From the IMG/VR virus record IMGVR_UViG_3300008450_000030, positions 2,208 to 66,207 of that record: a DNA stretch of 64,000 bases; one strand, given 5' to 3'. Under the pieces are notes generated by a model, which saw only the letters and a program-made list of their open reading frames with translations, had not been told where the DNA came from and did not search any database. Every line of letters begins with the position of its first letter. Position 1 is the first letter of the stretch. This document shows, piece by piece, positions 18,538 to 27,008 of the stretch. This DNA is from a virus. Lineage: Duplodnaviria > Caudoviricetes. A program made the translations under genes and the position numbers.

Positions 18538-18631
18538 CTCAGACTCTACGGGCACGTGGCTGCTCGCCATCGTCTATTGGGCCGCAGCCATCGTGCTGCT
18601 ACTTGACCTTTTCTATTGGAGGCCGTTGTGA
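18530..18631 (+). CDS. Small membrane peptide (33 aa)
   Basis: MRNSDSTGTWLLAIVYWAAAIVLLLDLFYWRPL; one TM helix. Confidence 0.55.
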   Translation: MRNSDSTGTWLLAIVYWAAAIVLLLDLFYWRPL

Positions 18632-18915
18632 TATTCGTAGACCTGAAGAAATTCAAGAGCCCTTCGCTCATCAGCCCCGTGTTCCACCAGCCTAACTTTG
18701 TTATGCGGGACCATAAGCACAGGGACGCTCTGCTCCGACTCATAGAGTTGGAGGTTGGTGTGCAGCAGATGGGGCAGTACATCCTGCAGTTGATGCGTAA
18801 CCCCGAGGCAACGGACGAGCAGATCACGACTGTCCGTACCATGTACGTTGACATCTACAAGAAGTTTTCCGAGGCACAGGATGCCGTGTTCAAGTACAAA
18901 GGAGAAACGAAGTGA
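18628..18915 (+). CDS. Hypothetical early protein
   Basis: GTG start after GGAGG, overlapping the upstream TGA. Confidence 0.6.
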   Translation: MIFVDLKKFKSPSLISPVFHQPNFVMRDHKHRDALLRLIELEVGVQQMGQYILQLMRNPEATDEQITTVRTMYVDIYKKFSEAQDAVFKYKGETK

Positions 18916-19091
18916 CCAAGAAGAAAACCTTCTGGGTGCAGATGGTCAAGACCATTCACGTGCCTATCGTCGCCGCAGATGAGGATGCTGCTTCTAACGC
19001 AGCCAAAGAGAACGATGTGGCCGGAGGCAACGCGCTGAAGTGGGCTGTTGCCGACGCTATTGTGTATGACGTAAACCAAGAGGGGGCATGA
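18912..19091 (+). CDS. Small hypothetical protein (59 aa, not in track)
   Basis: GTG start after AAGGAG; reads MTKKKTFWVQMVKTIHVPIVAADED... Confidence 0.6.
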   Translation: MTKKKTFWVQMVKTIHVPIVAADEDAASNAAKENDVAGGNALKWAVADAIVYDVNQEGA

Positions 19092-19092
19092 G

Positions 19093-19206
19093 ATGCACGG
19101 ACTTATGCAAGATGGCATCGAGGATCGGGAGACACGTAGGCTTTCTATGTGGTTCGCTACCCGCTTGGGCGACTTCCGAGAGTGGCAACCAAAAAGGGAG
19201 GCCTAA
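19093..19206 (+). CDS. Small hypothetical protein (37 aa)
   Basis: MHGLMQDGIEDRETRRLSMWFATRLGDFREWQPKREA; its stop TAA lies inside the palindrome at 19203. Confidence 0.5.
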   Translation: MHGLMQDGIEDRETRRLSMWFATRLGDFREWQPKREA

Positions 19207-19208
19207 CA

Positions 19209-19367
19209 ATGTTAGCCTTTCACGTTGAAGGCAGGAGTCGAGGCGGGGACTTGTCCATCGCCGAGATCATTGAGTCACGCACCGCTAGAGGTGCGCGTCA
19301 ACAGTTCGCTGCTCTCTACCCCACGCTTAGGGGTATCAGGGTATACCGACTGCAGACTATTAACTAA
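19209..19367 (+). CDS. Small hypothetical protein
   Basis: ATG inside the palindrome, after a GGGAGG RBS. Confidence 0.55.
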   Translation: MLAFHVEGRSRGGDLSIAEIIESRTARGARQQFAALYPTLRGIRVYRLQTIN

Positions 19368-19398
19368 TCAACTAACCAACCTATCAGGAGAAACGATC

Positions 19399-20553
19399 AT
19401 GTGGGGAAACAACGGAATGAACAGCACCATGCGGGCACTCCCGTATGTGCGCGAGTACTCACTCGCAAAGCGCATCCTTGACTCGACCACCCCCGTGCGC
19501 GGGAGTGGGGTGAACGCTGGCATCAAGCCATTGGGGGCACGTAACAATGTTACGGCGTACTCGGTGCGGGCGGGTACTGTTGACGCTACGGACGTAGAGT
19601 TTATGCTCTACAAAACACCCGTCATTACGTTCAAGAAAGACGGGCGCATCCTCGTAAGGATGGAGCGGTGGAACACGAACACCACCCGTGAATTCATAAA
19701 CTCTATCCTCAACGTGTCCTGCTACGCCAAGAGTGGCAAGAGCGTGATGGAACTACACGGAGGCGGTGGTTTGTCCGTCATCCCGCCGACTGGATTGGTG
19801 CTGCGCTACGATGTAGATGCAACACCTCCACGCCTTGTCTTCGACGCCAAACCCAAGTTCACGGGCTATGCGGTCAGCCGAGCGAAGGCTAACAAAGTTA
19901 GGGCGCAGTTCTCTGAGTTCGCCAAGTACTTCAAGGGGTGTGTGAATCTGCGCTCCGTCGAGATGATCGAGAAGTCGTACTACGGAGGAGGGCACACGAA
20001 GTACAACGCCATCGAGTACACGGGCGCTGAGATCGCCGAGGTTCTCGGTGATGAGGATGAGAGTACCGCTGTGGTGGCGAACCCTTGGACTGAGTGGGAA
20101 TTGCTCAAGCACAGGCCCTTCCACCAATTCCGTCCGATGGGGTACAACACGTACGCCAACTGGATCGCCGAGTACAACGCCAAGTGTGCGGAGTTCTTAG
20201 ACCTCATCAAGAATGACCAGCCCGACGACACGAAGACACAGAACTTCTACAAGGCTATGGTCATCTGCATGATCCTCAACGGGAAAAAGCCCAACAAGGA
20301 AACTCCCCACGTAGTTGTTCGTAACCTCACCACCATCGTGGTCGAGAACTTCGAGACTATCTGGAAGATGTACTTCGCTAAGGATATTCTGGAAGAAGTA
20401 GTGCTCAAGGATGGGGTCACACCCAATCAGACCTACACCAACTGGATGTGGATGTATGACCAAGTGAAGGTAGCCGAGGCCGAGGCGCAAGAGCGCAAGT
20501 ACAAGGGCGAACTGCCGTTCAACCCCGGCGAGAGCGTCCAGTACTTTGCTTGA
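19399..20553 (+). CDS. Hypothetical early protein (about 384 aa)
   Basis: Start reassigned to the ATG at 19399 after ATCAGGAG. Confidence 0.8.
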   Translation: MWGNNGMNSTMRALPYVREYSLAKRILDSTTPVRGSGVNAGIKPLGARNNVTAYSVRAGTVDATDVEFMLYKTPVITFKKDGRILVRMERWNTNTTREFINSILNVSCYAKSGKSVMELHGGGGLSVIPPTGLVLRYDVDATPPRLVFDAKPKFTGYAVSRAKANKVRAQFSEFAKYFKGCVNLRSVEMIEKSYYGGGHTKYNAIEYTGAEIAEVLGDEDESTAVVANPWTEWELLKHRPFHQFRPMGYNTYANWIAEYNAKCAEFLDLIKNDQPDDTKTQNFYKAMVICMILNGKKPNKETPHVVVRNLTTIVVENFETIWKMYFAKDILEEVVLKDGVTPNQTYTNWMWMYDQVKVAEAEAQERKYKGELPFNPGESVQYFA

Positions 20554-20579
20554 ACTTTACTTTCCGTAGTAAAGTTTGC

Positions 20580-20608
20580 TTGACATTCACACCTTATTGT
20601 GTTATACT
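20580..20608 (+). promoter_or_regulatory. Strong sigma70 early promoter (near-copy of the 17805 promoter)
   Basis: TTGACA-17 nt-TATACT within about 70 bp nearly identical to 17778-17850. Confidence 0.9.
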
Positions 20609-20728
20609 TTAGGTTGAATGGGATTTCGTGTGTTAGTTGTTAGTTGTTAGTCGTTAGTCCGCGCCCTACCCCTAACAAAGTTAGGCGGGCATCATTAGTG
20701 TTCATTAGTGTTTATCAGGAGTTAGAAA

Positions 20729-21796
20729 ATGGCTGAGATCAAGTTCGGTAAGACTGTCACCCTCAAGCAAGCCGCACGGCTCATCTTCACCAACCCAGAG
20801 GTTCGGTTCCTTGTTCGCGGCGAACCAGGAATTGGGAAGTCCTCGCTGTTGGAGGACGTTGCTGCTCAGGCTGGTTGCGAGTATGCCTATATCGACGTAC
20901 CAAACATGGATTTGGGTGACATCGCGATGCCCGTGATAGATCACGTGGAGAAGGTCACTCGCTATTACCCTAACGCTAGGTTCGGACTTCACACGGGTCG
21001 CCCGATGGCGATCATGTTGGACGAGTTCAGCAAGGGCATGGATGCGGTCAAAAACATGTTGCATCCCATGTTGGAAAAGAAGAACCCGCGACTGGCCGAC
21101 AAGCCAATCGTTAAGGGTACTTACGTATTCCTGACTGGCAACCTGTCTTCGGACGGGGTGGGCGATGTGGTCAAGTCTCACTCGCAGAACCGCATCGTTG
21201 AGATCGTGGTGCAGAAACCTACAGCGGAGGAGTGGATCGAGTGGGCGATCCAGAAGGGGACCATCGAGCCTGAGATTATTGCGTGGGTCAATCAGTACCC
21301 CCACGCTCTTGCTTCGTACACGGATGCCGCACAAGCGGACAACCCGTACATCTACCACCCACGGCGTACCCAGAATGGGTTCGTCACCCCGCGCTCACTC
21401 GAAACGGCATCTAACATTGTTAGCACCCGTGGGTTGAACGACACCGACGCTGTTATCGCCGCTCTGATTGGTGCTTTGGGTGAGAGCGCAGCGCGTGACG
21501 TTCAGGCGTACATCGAGTTCAGCGATCAACTCCCATCGTGGGACGCGATGATTAAGAACCCTAAGACTACGACTGTACCGACTAGCCCTGCTGCCTGCGC
21601 CATTGTGGTGTTCGGTGCTATCGCACGTATGACCAAGGAGACTATCGCTCCGTTCATGGAGTACCTCGAACGCTTCGATGCCGAGTGGCAAGCAGTCTTT
21701 GCGATCAACATCGCCAAGGCTACGGCTAAGCAGAGCATCGCCTTCTCTAGTAAGGCGTTCGCCGAGTGGGTCGCTAAGAATCAGGACCTGTTGTGA
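20729..21796 (+). CDS. MoxR/dynein-related AAA+ ATPase
   Basis: Walker A GEPGIGKS, Walker B IMLDE, sensor TGN, TPRS motif. Confidence 0.9.
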   Translation: MAEIKFGKTVTLKQAARLIFTNPEVRFLVRGEPGIGKSSLLEDVAAQAGCEYAYIDVPNMDLGDIAMPVIDHVEKVTRYYPNARFGLHTGRPMAIMLDEFSKGMDAVKNMLHPMLEKKNPRLADKPIVKGTYVFLTGNLSSDGVGDVVKSHSQNRIVEIVVQKPTAEEWIEWAIQKGTIEPEIIAWVNQYPHALASYTDAAQADNPYIYHPRRTQNGFVTPRSLETASNIVSTRGLNDTDAVIAALIGALGESAARDVQAYIEFSDQLPSWDAMIKNPKTTTVPTSPAACAIVVFGAIARMTKETIAPFMEYLERFDAEWQAVFAINIAKATAKQSIAFSSKAFAEWVAKNQDLL

Positions 21797-21981
21797 AAGT
21801 TTTCTGGCGGTACAACATGACGCCAAATAATTGGCGTGATGGAGATACACCCTTCATGGTAGAAGTATGCCGTGTTACGGGTAAGGGCGAATACGGAATC
21901 GAGGTAATTGCTGAGATTCCGTATGAAGAGTTGAGCATTGCCAAGGTAATGATTGAGTTAGCAAACAACGAGGAGTCCTAA
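21793..21981 (+). CDS. Small hypothetical protein
   Basis: 62 aa between the ATPase and VWA genes. Confidence 0.6.
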   Translation: MKVFWRYNMTPNNWRDGDTPFMVEVCRVTGKGEYGIEVIAEIPYEELSIAKVMIELANNEES

Positions 21982-21983
21982 CA

Positions 21984-23243
21984 ATGTTAGAAGAACGCAA
22001 ATTGCAGAAGGCCAAGATCAGCCTGATGCGTAACCCACGGTTCGCGCTGTGGTCTGGCATCCTGATGGTGGGTAAGACCTCCATTGTGGATAACGTAGCA
22101 ACAGCATCGACAAACGGACGCGACGAGGTGTATGGTCGCGGGTTCGTCAAGGAACTTTCCGACAAGGAGTTGTGCTTCCTTGTACTGCACGAGTCCTTGC
22201 ACAAGGCTCTTCGTCATCTCACTACGTGGAAGAAACTCCACGATGAGAACCACAAGTTGGCGAACGCTGCCTGTGACTACGTGATTAACCTCATGCTGAT
22301 CGAACTCGACCCGAACGGCGAAACCATCGTCATGCCTAAGATCAAGGATGGTCCGCTGAAGGGTCAGCCGATGGGTCTGATCGACGCTCGGTTCAAGGGG
22401 ATGAACGCCAAGCAGGTGTTCGACATTCTCAAGCAGGAGCAGAAGGAAGGTGGCGACGAGGGTGACGAGCCCATCGACGGAAGCGGGCGTGTTCCCAGCA
22501 AAGGCGACGGCAATGGCGACCCGAAGGGGGGCGCAGGGTTGGACGAGCACGACTGGGATGGTGCTGCCGAGATGACTGCCGACGAGCGCAAGCAGTTGGA
22601 GCGTGAAGTCGATCAGGCTATTAGGCAAGGGCTAATGGCTGAGAAGAAGGTAGGCAAGGGTGGCGGTGGGATGGGCCGCGAGTTGATGGACCTGATGGAG
22701 CCGAAGATCAACTGGCGCGATGCGTTGCGCGAGTTCGTCAAGGCTACGTGCAACGCCAAGGATACGTCCTCTTGGCGTAAGGTGAACCGCCGCTACTTGG
22801 CCGACGATGTGTATATGCCCTCGCTGGTTGGCGAGAAGGTTAGGCATATCGTTGTAGGCATTGACACCTCAGGCTCCATCGGTGACAAGGAGTTGGCCGA
22901 AGCATTGGCCGAGGTCAAGGCTATCTCCGAGGAAGTCAACCCTGATGTGGTGGACTTGATCTACTGGGACGGTGGCGTTGCTGCCCATGAAATCTACGAG
23001 GGCGCTGATGTATCTAACATTGTTAGTTCCACCAAGCCGAAAGGTGGTGGGGGTACTTCGCCATCTTGTGTGTCTACTTACCTCAAGAATAAGCACATCG
23101 TTCCAGAGTGCGTTCTCATGCTCACAGATGGATACGTGGGTAGCGATTGGGGTACGGGATGGACGGCTCCTGTGCTCTGGGTCGTCTTTGGTGGCAATAC
23201 TGTTGTCGCGCCTAACGGCAAGACAATTCATGTTCGGGATTAA
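21984..23243 (+). CDS. Metallopeptidase-like + VWA protein (DUF2201 type)
   Basis: HESLH, ANAACDYVIN, MIDAS DTSGS, GGGT, LTDG. Confidence 0.88.
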   Translation: MLEERKLQKAKISLMRNPRFALWSGILMVGKTSIVDNVATASTNGRDEVYGRGFVKELSDKELCFLVLHESLHKALRHLTTWKKLHDENHKLANAACDYVINLMLIELDPNGETIVMPKIKDGPLKGQPMGLIDARFKGMNAKQVFDILKQEQKEGGDEGDEPIDGSGRVPSKGDGNGDPKGGAGLDEHDWDGAAEMTADERKQLEREVDQAIRQGLMAEKKVGKGGGGMGRELMDLMEPKINWRDALREFVKATCNAKDTSSWRKVNRRYLADDVYMPSLVGEKVRHIVVGIDTSGSIGDKELAEALAEVKAISEEVNPDVVDLIYWDGGVAAHEIYEGADVSNIVSSTKPKGGGGTSPSCVSTYLKNKHIVPECVLMLTDGYVGSDWGTGWTAPVLWVVFGGNTVVAPNGKTIHVRD

Positions 23244-23253
23244 GGAGAGAGAA

Positions 23254-23475
23254 GTGGTAGTGCTTTCGTTTGGATACGGGGACTACGTAGTTTCCCCGAA
23301 GGATGCAGTCACCATCATGGAGATACTGCAGAAATCAGAACGCTATGAGTGCAAGTACGTGAGCGGGGGGGACAACACCCATCACGTGTACTCATCGGGC
23401 GAGAGTCTCACCGCTAAGTTGATTAGCGATGATATGTACCGCATGGCGAAGTTGGCTGGCAAGCCAGATCGGTAA
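23254..23475 (+). CDS. Small hypothetical protein
   Basis: GTG start after TAAGGAG; ends LISDDMYRMAKLAGKP. Confidence 0.7.
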   Translation: MVVLSFGYGDYVVSPKDAVTIMEILQKSERYECKYVSGGDNTHHVYSSGESLTAKLISDDMYRMAKLAGKPDR

Positions 23476-23533
23476 CACCACGGGCGCACGATAACAACAC
23501 CCTTGTTATCGTGCCTAACAATGTTAGCAACCA

Positions 23534-23685
23534 AGTCGAGGGGGAACATAAGGCAACGCTTGCAAGCCTAGCAGATGCGAACAAGCGATGTTGGAACCGT
23601 TGGTCCCTCGACTGCTGGAAGTGTATCCAACGGTTCCCCTTTCATACATTGAACAGGGGCGGCAATGAATCTGCTTTTCCGCCCC
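23534..23685 (+). ncRNA. Putative doubly pseudoknotted structured RNA
   Basis: Five complementary segments, including two long-range pseudoknot pairings (see findings). Strand assumed from the flanking genes. Confidence 0.65.
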
Positions 23686-23768
23686 ACTATTTCTTAGGAC
23701 CAGTTCCCCAAGTTCCCCAACCCGCCTAACAAAGTTAGGTATCACATTTCAATCATCAGGAGAAACGT

Positions 23769-24632
23769 ATGAGTATTAGCGCATCAGCAGTATTAGTGGA
23801 GTTGAACATCTCTGTGTGGCCCGCATCAAAGATTGATCGGGAGACTACAGACCGAGTTAACTTCGACGCATCAGCCGTGTCGAACGCATCGCAAACCAAG
23901 AAGAACCTTTTCGCTGGCACGGGTCTGCGTAAGGACATCGAGAAGTTCGCCGCTCGTGTCCGTCTGTACCACAACCTCAACACGTTGCCGTGGGCAGACA
24001 AGGGTGAGCGACTCGCGCCGACCAAGATTTTCATGGAGTACAAGACGGCGATGAACGCCTTCGAGTCTCAGTTCGGTGCTATGTGCAACAACTTCTACGC
24101 GGAGTACCCGCGTCTGGTTGCGGAAGCACCCACAAACCTCGGCAAGTTGTTCAAGGCTGAGGACTACCCACCCCTTGATGAGGTGCGGTGCAAGTTCGGG
24201 TTCCGTCGCTCGACTAACCCCCTGTCGGATGCTGGCGACTTCCGCCTAGACATACCAGCGCAGGACTTGGTAGAGATTCAGGCGGCGTACGAAAAGCAGT
24301 TCGAGGAGCGGCTCGCCGACGCGATGAAGGCTCCGTGGGATCGACTGCACAAGATGTTGACGGGCATCAGCGAGAAGTTGACCGACGACACGGCTGAGGA
24401 TAGCGACGTACCCAAGAAGCGGTACTACGACTCCCTCATCACCAACCCGCTTGAGTTGTGCGAGTTGTTGACCAAACTCAACGTGACCAACGATCCAAAG
24501 TTGGAGGAGGCACGGCGTCAACTTGAGGTAACAATGTTAGGTGCAGATATCGAGAGGATCAAGGAGGATGCAGATGTACGTAGCAACGTGAAGTCCAAGG
24601 TCGATGCGATCCTTAGCAAGTTCGAGTGGTAA
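23769..24632 (+). CDS. DUF3150-like phage protein
   Basis: SAVLVELNISVW...TLPWADKGERL...LNVTNDPKLEEAR. Confidence 0.65.
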   Translation: MSISASAVLVELNISVWPASKIDRETTDRVNFDASAVSNASQTKKNLFAGTGLRKDIEKFAARVRLYHNLNTLPWADKGERLAPTKIFMEYKTAMNAFESQFGAMCNNFYAEYPRLVAEAPTNLGKLFKAEDYPPLDEVRCKFGFRRSTNPLSDAGDFRLDIPAQDLVEIQAAYEKQFEERLADAMKAPWDRLHKMLTGISEKLTDDTAEDSDVPKKRYYDSLITNPLELCELLTKLNVTNDPKLEEARRQLEVTMLGADIERIKEDADVRSNVKSKVDAILSKFEW

Positions 24633-24657
24633 TCAACAATCATCAGGAGTAACGAAA

Positions 24658-25533
24658 ATGATACTAGGACTTACGAACACCAACGTGCGCTTCAGCACGA
24701 AACTCGCCGAGAAAGCCGCTCAACGAGAGAAGGACGGGCAGGAGCCTATGCTTTGTGGCGACATGCTCAAGAAGGTCATAACTAAGTTAGCCACAGACAA
24801 ACCTCTGTGGGACTTCATTGCTTTCAAGACGAACAACTCACGCGATGTGATCGAGTTCGCGGTGTTGGGGGCGAACGCCGAGAGGCTCGGTGAGATCGGC
24901 TTTGACTGGCATGGTAGGAACTACTGCATCTACGTCAAGAACAAGCGTATTTCGGACAAGTTGACCCGAAACGACAGGTACAAGACTATGGACATAGACA
25001 AAGCGGTACTCAAGGTGAAGAAGATGTTCGGGTCTATGAGTACCAACGAACGCATAGCCCAAGAGACTTCCAAAGCCTCGGTGCTAACCGACAAGGTGCG
25101 AAACGCTAAGTGGGCACAGATACGTGATGTCGAGGCCAAGATCGAACGTGTTGCTCATCAATACATCATGGAGGAGGGGTACGAGACTTTCCTTGCTTGG
25201 CTGAAGGAACATCCAAGCCAGAAGGCTAAGGACACTTTGGAAGGGATAGATAACAAAGTTAGGCTTGGCGTCGAGATGTTGACCATCGAGAAGGTTCGGA
25301 ATCATTTCAACGAAGGCAAGGCTGTGCTGGTCATCAAAGACGGCTCGAAATATATTGTCAAAGTGGGTGACAAAGTGGACCTTTACGACGATACTTCGCT
25401 TCCCCAAGAAATGCGGGGGAAGTTAGGGATGCTGAAATTGGTGGAGGCCGAGCAATTCTTGACCGACATCGGTTGCCGCATCAACGACGAGACTTTTGTT
25501 CTCATTCTTGAGGAGGTGCAGCATGAGAGTTGA
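24658..25533 (+). CDS. Hypothetical protein
   Basis: Start reassigned to the ATG at 24658 after ATCAGGAG; ends LPQEMRGKLGMLKLV...IGCR. Confidence 0.8.
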   Translation: MILGLTNTNVRFSTKLAEKAAQREKDGQEPMLCGDMLKKVITKLATDKPLWDFIAFKTNNSRDVIEFAVLGANAERLGEIGFDWHGRNYCIYVKNKRISDKLTRNDRYKTMDIDKAVLKVKKMFGSMSTNERIAQETSKASVLTDKVRNAKWAQIRDVEAKIERVAHQYIMEEGYETFLAWLKEHPSQKAKDTLEGIDNKVRLGVEMLTIEKVRNHFNEGKAVLVIKDGSKYIVKVGDKVDLYDDTSLPQEMRGKLGMLKLVEAEQFLTDIGCRINDETFVLILEEVQHES

Positions 25534-25681
25534 ACTACTGAAAACATCGCGTCGGTTGTGGCAACCGATGGACTACATCCCTGCGGACCTGACTCGCAAG
25601 AATCAGTTGAAGTGGGCACAGGCCGTGCAGAAACTTGGAGACAAGTGGCTGCTAGCGCAGGGTGTGCAGAGGAAGGAATGA
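25523..25681 (+). CDS. Small hypothetical protein
   Basis: RKNQLKWAQAVQKLGDKWLLA; GGAGG RBS. Confidence 0.65.
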   Translation: MRVELLKTSRRLWQPMDYIPADLTRKNQLKWAQAVQKLGDKWLLAQGVQRKE

Positions 25682-25870
25682 GTGAAGACGACTACAGCAG
25701 GTTTTCCATGCCCCCAGTGTGGGACATGGACGAGAGTTCTGGAAACCCGAAACGGCAACATACGGAGAAGGGTGTGCGTGAACTCACACCGTTTCTCTAC
25801 CGAGGAGAAAGTCCTTGGCCCTTCAAATACAGTATCACCACAGGAGAAGTTAGATGACGACAGGAATTGA
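25682..25870 (+). CDS. NrdR-N-like zinc-ribbon protein
   Basis: CPQCG...VLETR...RRRVC...HRFSTEE. Confidence 0.75.
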   Translation: MKTTTAGFPCPQCGTWTRVLETRNGNIRRRVCVNSHRFSTEEKVLGPSNTVSPQEKLDDDRN

Positions 25871-26102
25871 AAACTTAAAGTTGCCCGTAGTTAAGAAGGG
25901 TCGCGGCCCCGGCAAGAAGCCAGCCTTGATCTGCACTAGCCTACGGCTGTCGAGAGAAGTAATGGACTACTACAAGCAGTTCGAGAACCAGCAAGTGAAG
26001 ATGCGGCAAGTCCTGACGGACTACTGCCTGAACGAGCAAGCCCTAACAAAGTTAGGCTTTAACAACGTAACCATTAGCGAAGGAGAAGAGCATGTTGGCT
26101 AA
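25854..26102 (+). CDS. BrnA-antitoxin-like ribbon-helix-helix DNA-binding protein
   Basis: GRGPGKKP...TSLRLSREVMDYYK...MRQVL. Confidence 0.6.
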   Translation: MTTGIENLKLPVVKKGRGPGKKPALICTSLRLSREVMDYYKQFENQQVKMRQVLTDYCLNEQALTKLGFNNVTISEGEEHVG

Positions 26103-26571
26103 AGAAAAGAAAGATGAAGTTCGGGCGTTCCTAAAGGAGAGTCCGCATATCAGTTTGCAGAACGTAGCGTTGCTGTATGACGTTACGTATGCGCAGGTAT
26201 ACGCACTCAACCGTGAAGTCCACGGCGTTAAGCCGAGGGCCAAGAAGGCTGCGAAGAAGCCAGCGGTCAAGGCCAAGGCAAAGATGGGCCGCAAGGCTAT
26301 TCTTGCGAAGGCGGCGGATCAGTATCCCATGCCGCTGCTCCCCCCTGCGCCAGTAATGGTTTACGGGCCTGACATGGTGAACCAGCCACCGCACTACACG
26401 TATGGCGGCATCGAGACTATCGACTTCATCGAGGCCAAGGACTTGAACTACAACTTGGGCAATGTGGTTAAGTACGTAACCCGTAGCGGACTCAAGGGTA
26501 CGCGCATCGAAGACCTCAAGAAAGCCAAGTGGTACTTGGAGCGCGAGATCGGTTCGCTGCTCGGCGACTAA
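26092..26571 (+). CDS. DUF3310 (SaV-like) domain protein
   Basis: DMVNQPPHY..GGIETIDFI...GNVVKY..R...EDLKKAKWYL. Confidence 0.85.
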   Translation: MLAKEKKDEVRAFLKESPHISLQNVALLYDVTYAQVYALNREVHGVKPRAKKAAKKPAVKAKAKMGRKAILAKAADQYPMPLLPPAPVMVYGPDMVNQPPHYTYGGIETIDFIEAKDLNYNLGNVVKYVTRSGLKGTRIEDLKKAKWYLEREIGSLLGD

Positions 26572-26597
26572 CAAAGTTAGGGTTTCCTCTCCCACTA

Positions 26598-26621
26598 AGC
26601 CACCTTCGGGTGGCTTTTTTT
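26598..26621 (+). terminator. Rho-independent terminator
   Basis: AGCCACC-TTCG-GGTGGCT followed by a T run. Confidence 0.9.
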
Positions 26622-26625
26622 CGTC

Positions 26626-26653
26626 TTGACTTTGTAAAGGGTTGTGCTACGAT
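26626..26653 (+). promoter_or_regulatory. Promoter for the replication operon
   Basis: TTGACT-16 nt-TACGAT with extended TG. Confidence 0.6.
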
Positions 26654-26681
26654 CATGGCTTGAAAACTACTGGAGGATGAG

Positions 26682-27008
26682 ATGCCCGCAACACCTGAGG
26701 CCAAGGTCAAGGCCAAGATCAAAGCCATTCTCAAGGCACACAACGCCTACTACGTTATGCCCATAGGTACGGGCTACGGCAATTCAGGCGTCCCCGACTT
26801 CATCTGCTGCGTCAATGGTCAGTTCCTCGCTATCGAGGCTAAGGCTGGCAAGGGCAAGCCGACTGCATTGCAGGACAAGAACATCCGAGACATACGCACC
26901 GCTGGCGGCTACGCTATGGTGGTCAACGAAGACAACCTCGAAGAACTCGAAACGCTGATCGCTAACTATGTTAGGTGGGGTGAGAGTTATCAAGATCGGC
27001 ACGTATGA
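26682..27008 (+). CDS. VRR-NUC domain nuclease (Holliday-junction resolvase-like)
   Basis: TPEAKVK...GVPD...AIEAK...PTALQ. Confidence 0.9.
   Translation: MPATPEAKVKAKIKAILKAHNAYYVMPIGTGYGNSGVPDFICCVNGQFLAIEAKAGKGKPTALQDKNIRDIRTAGGYAMVVNEDNLEELETLIANYVRWGESYQDRHV

Noticed and set aside
23511-23745. ORFs 23511-23729 (+) and 23524-23745 (-)
   Set aside because: No RBS; the extensive base-pairing is better explained by an ncRNA.
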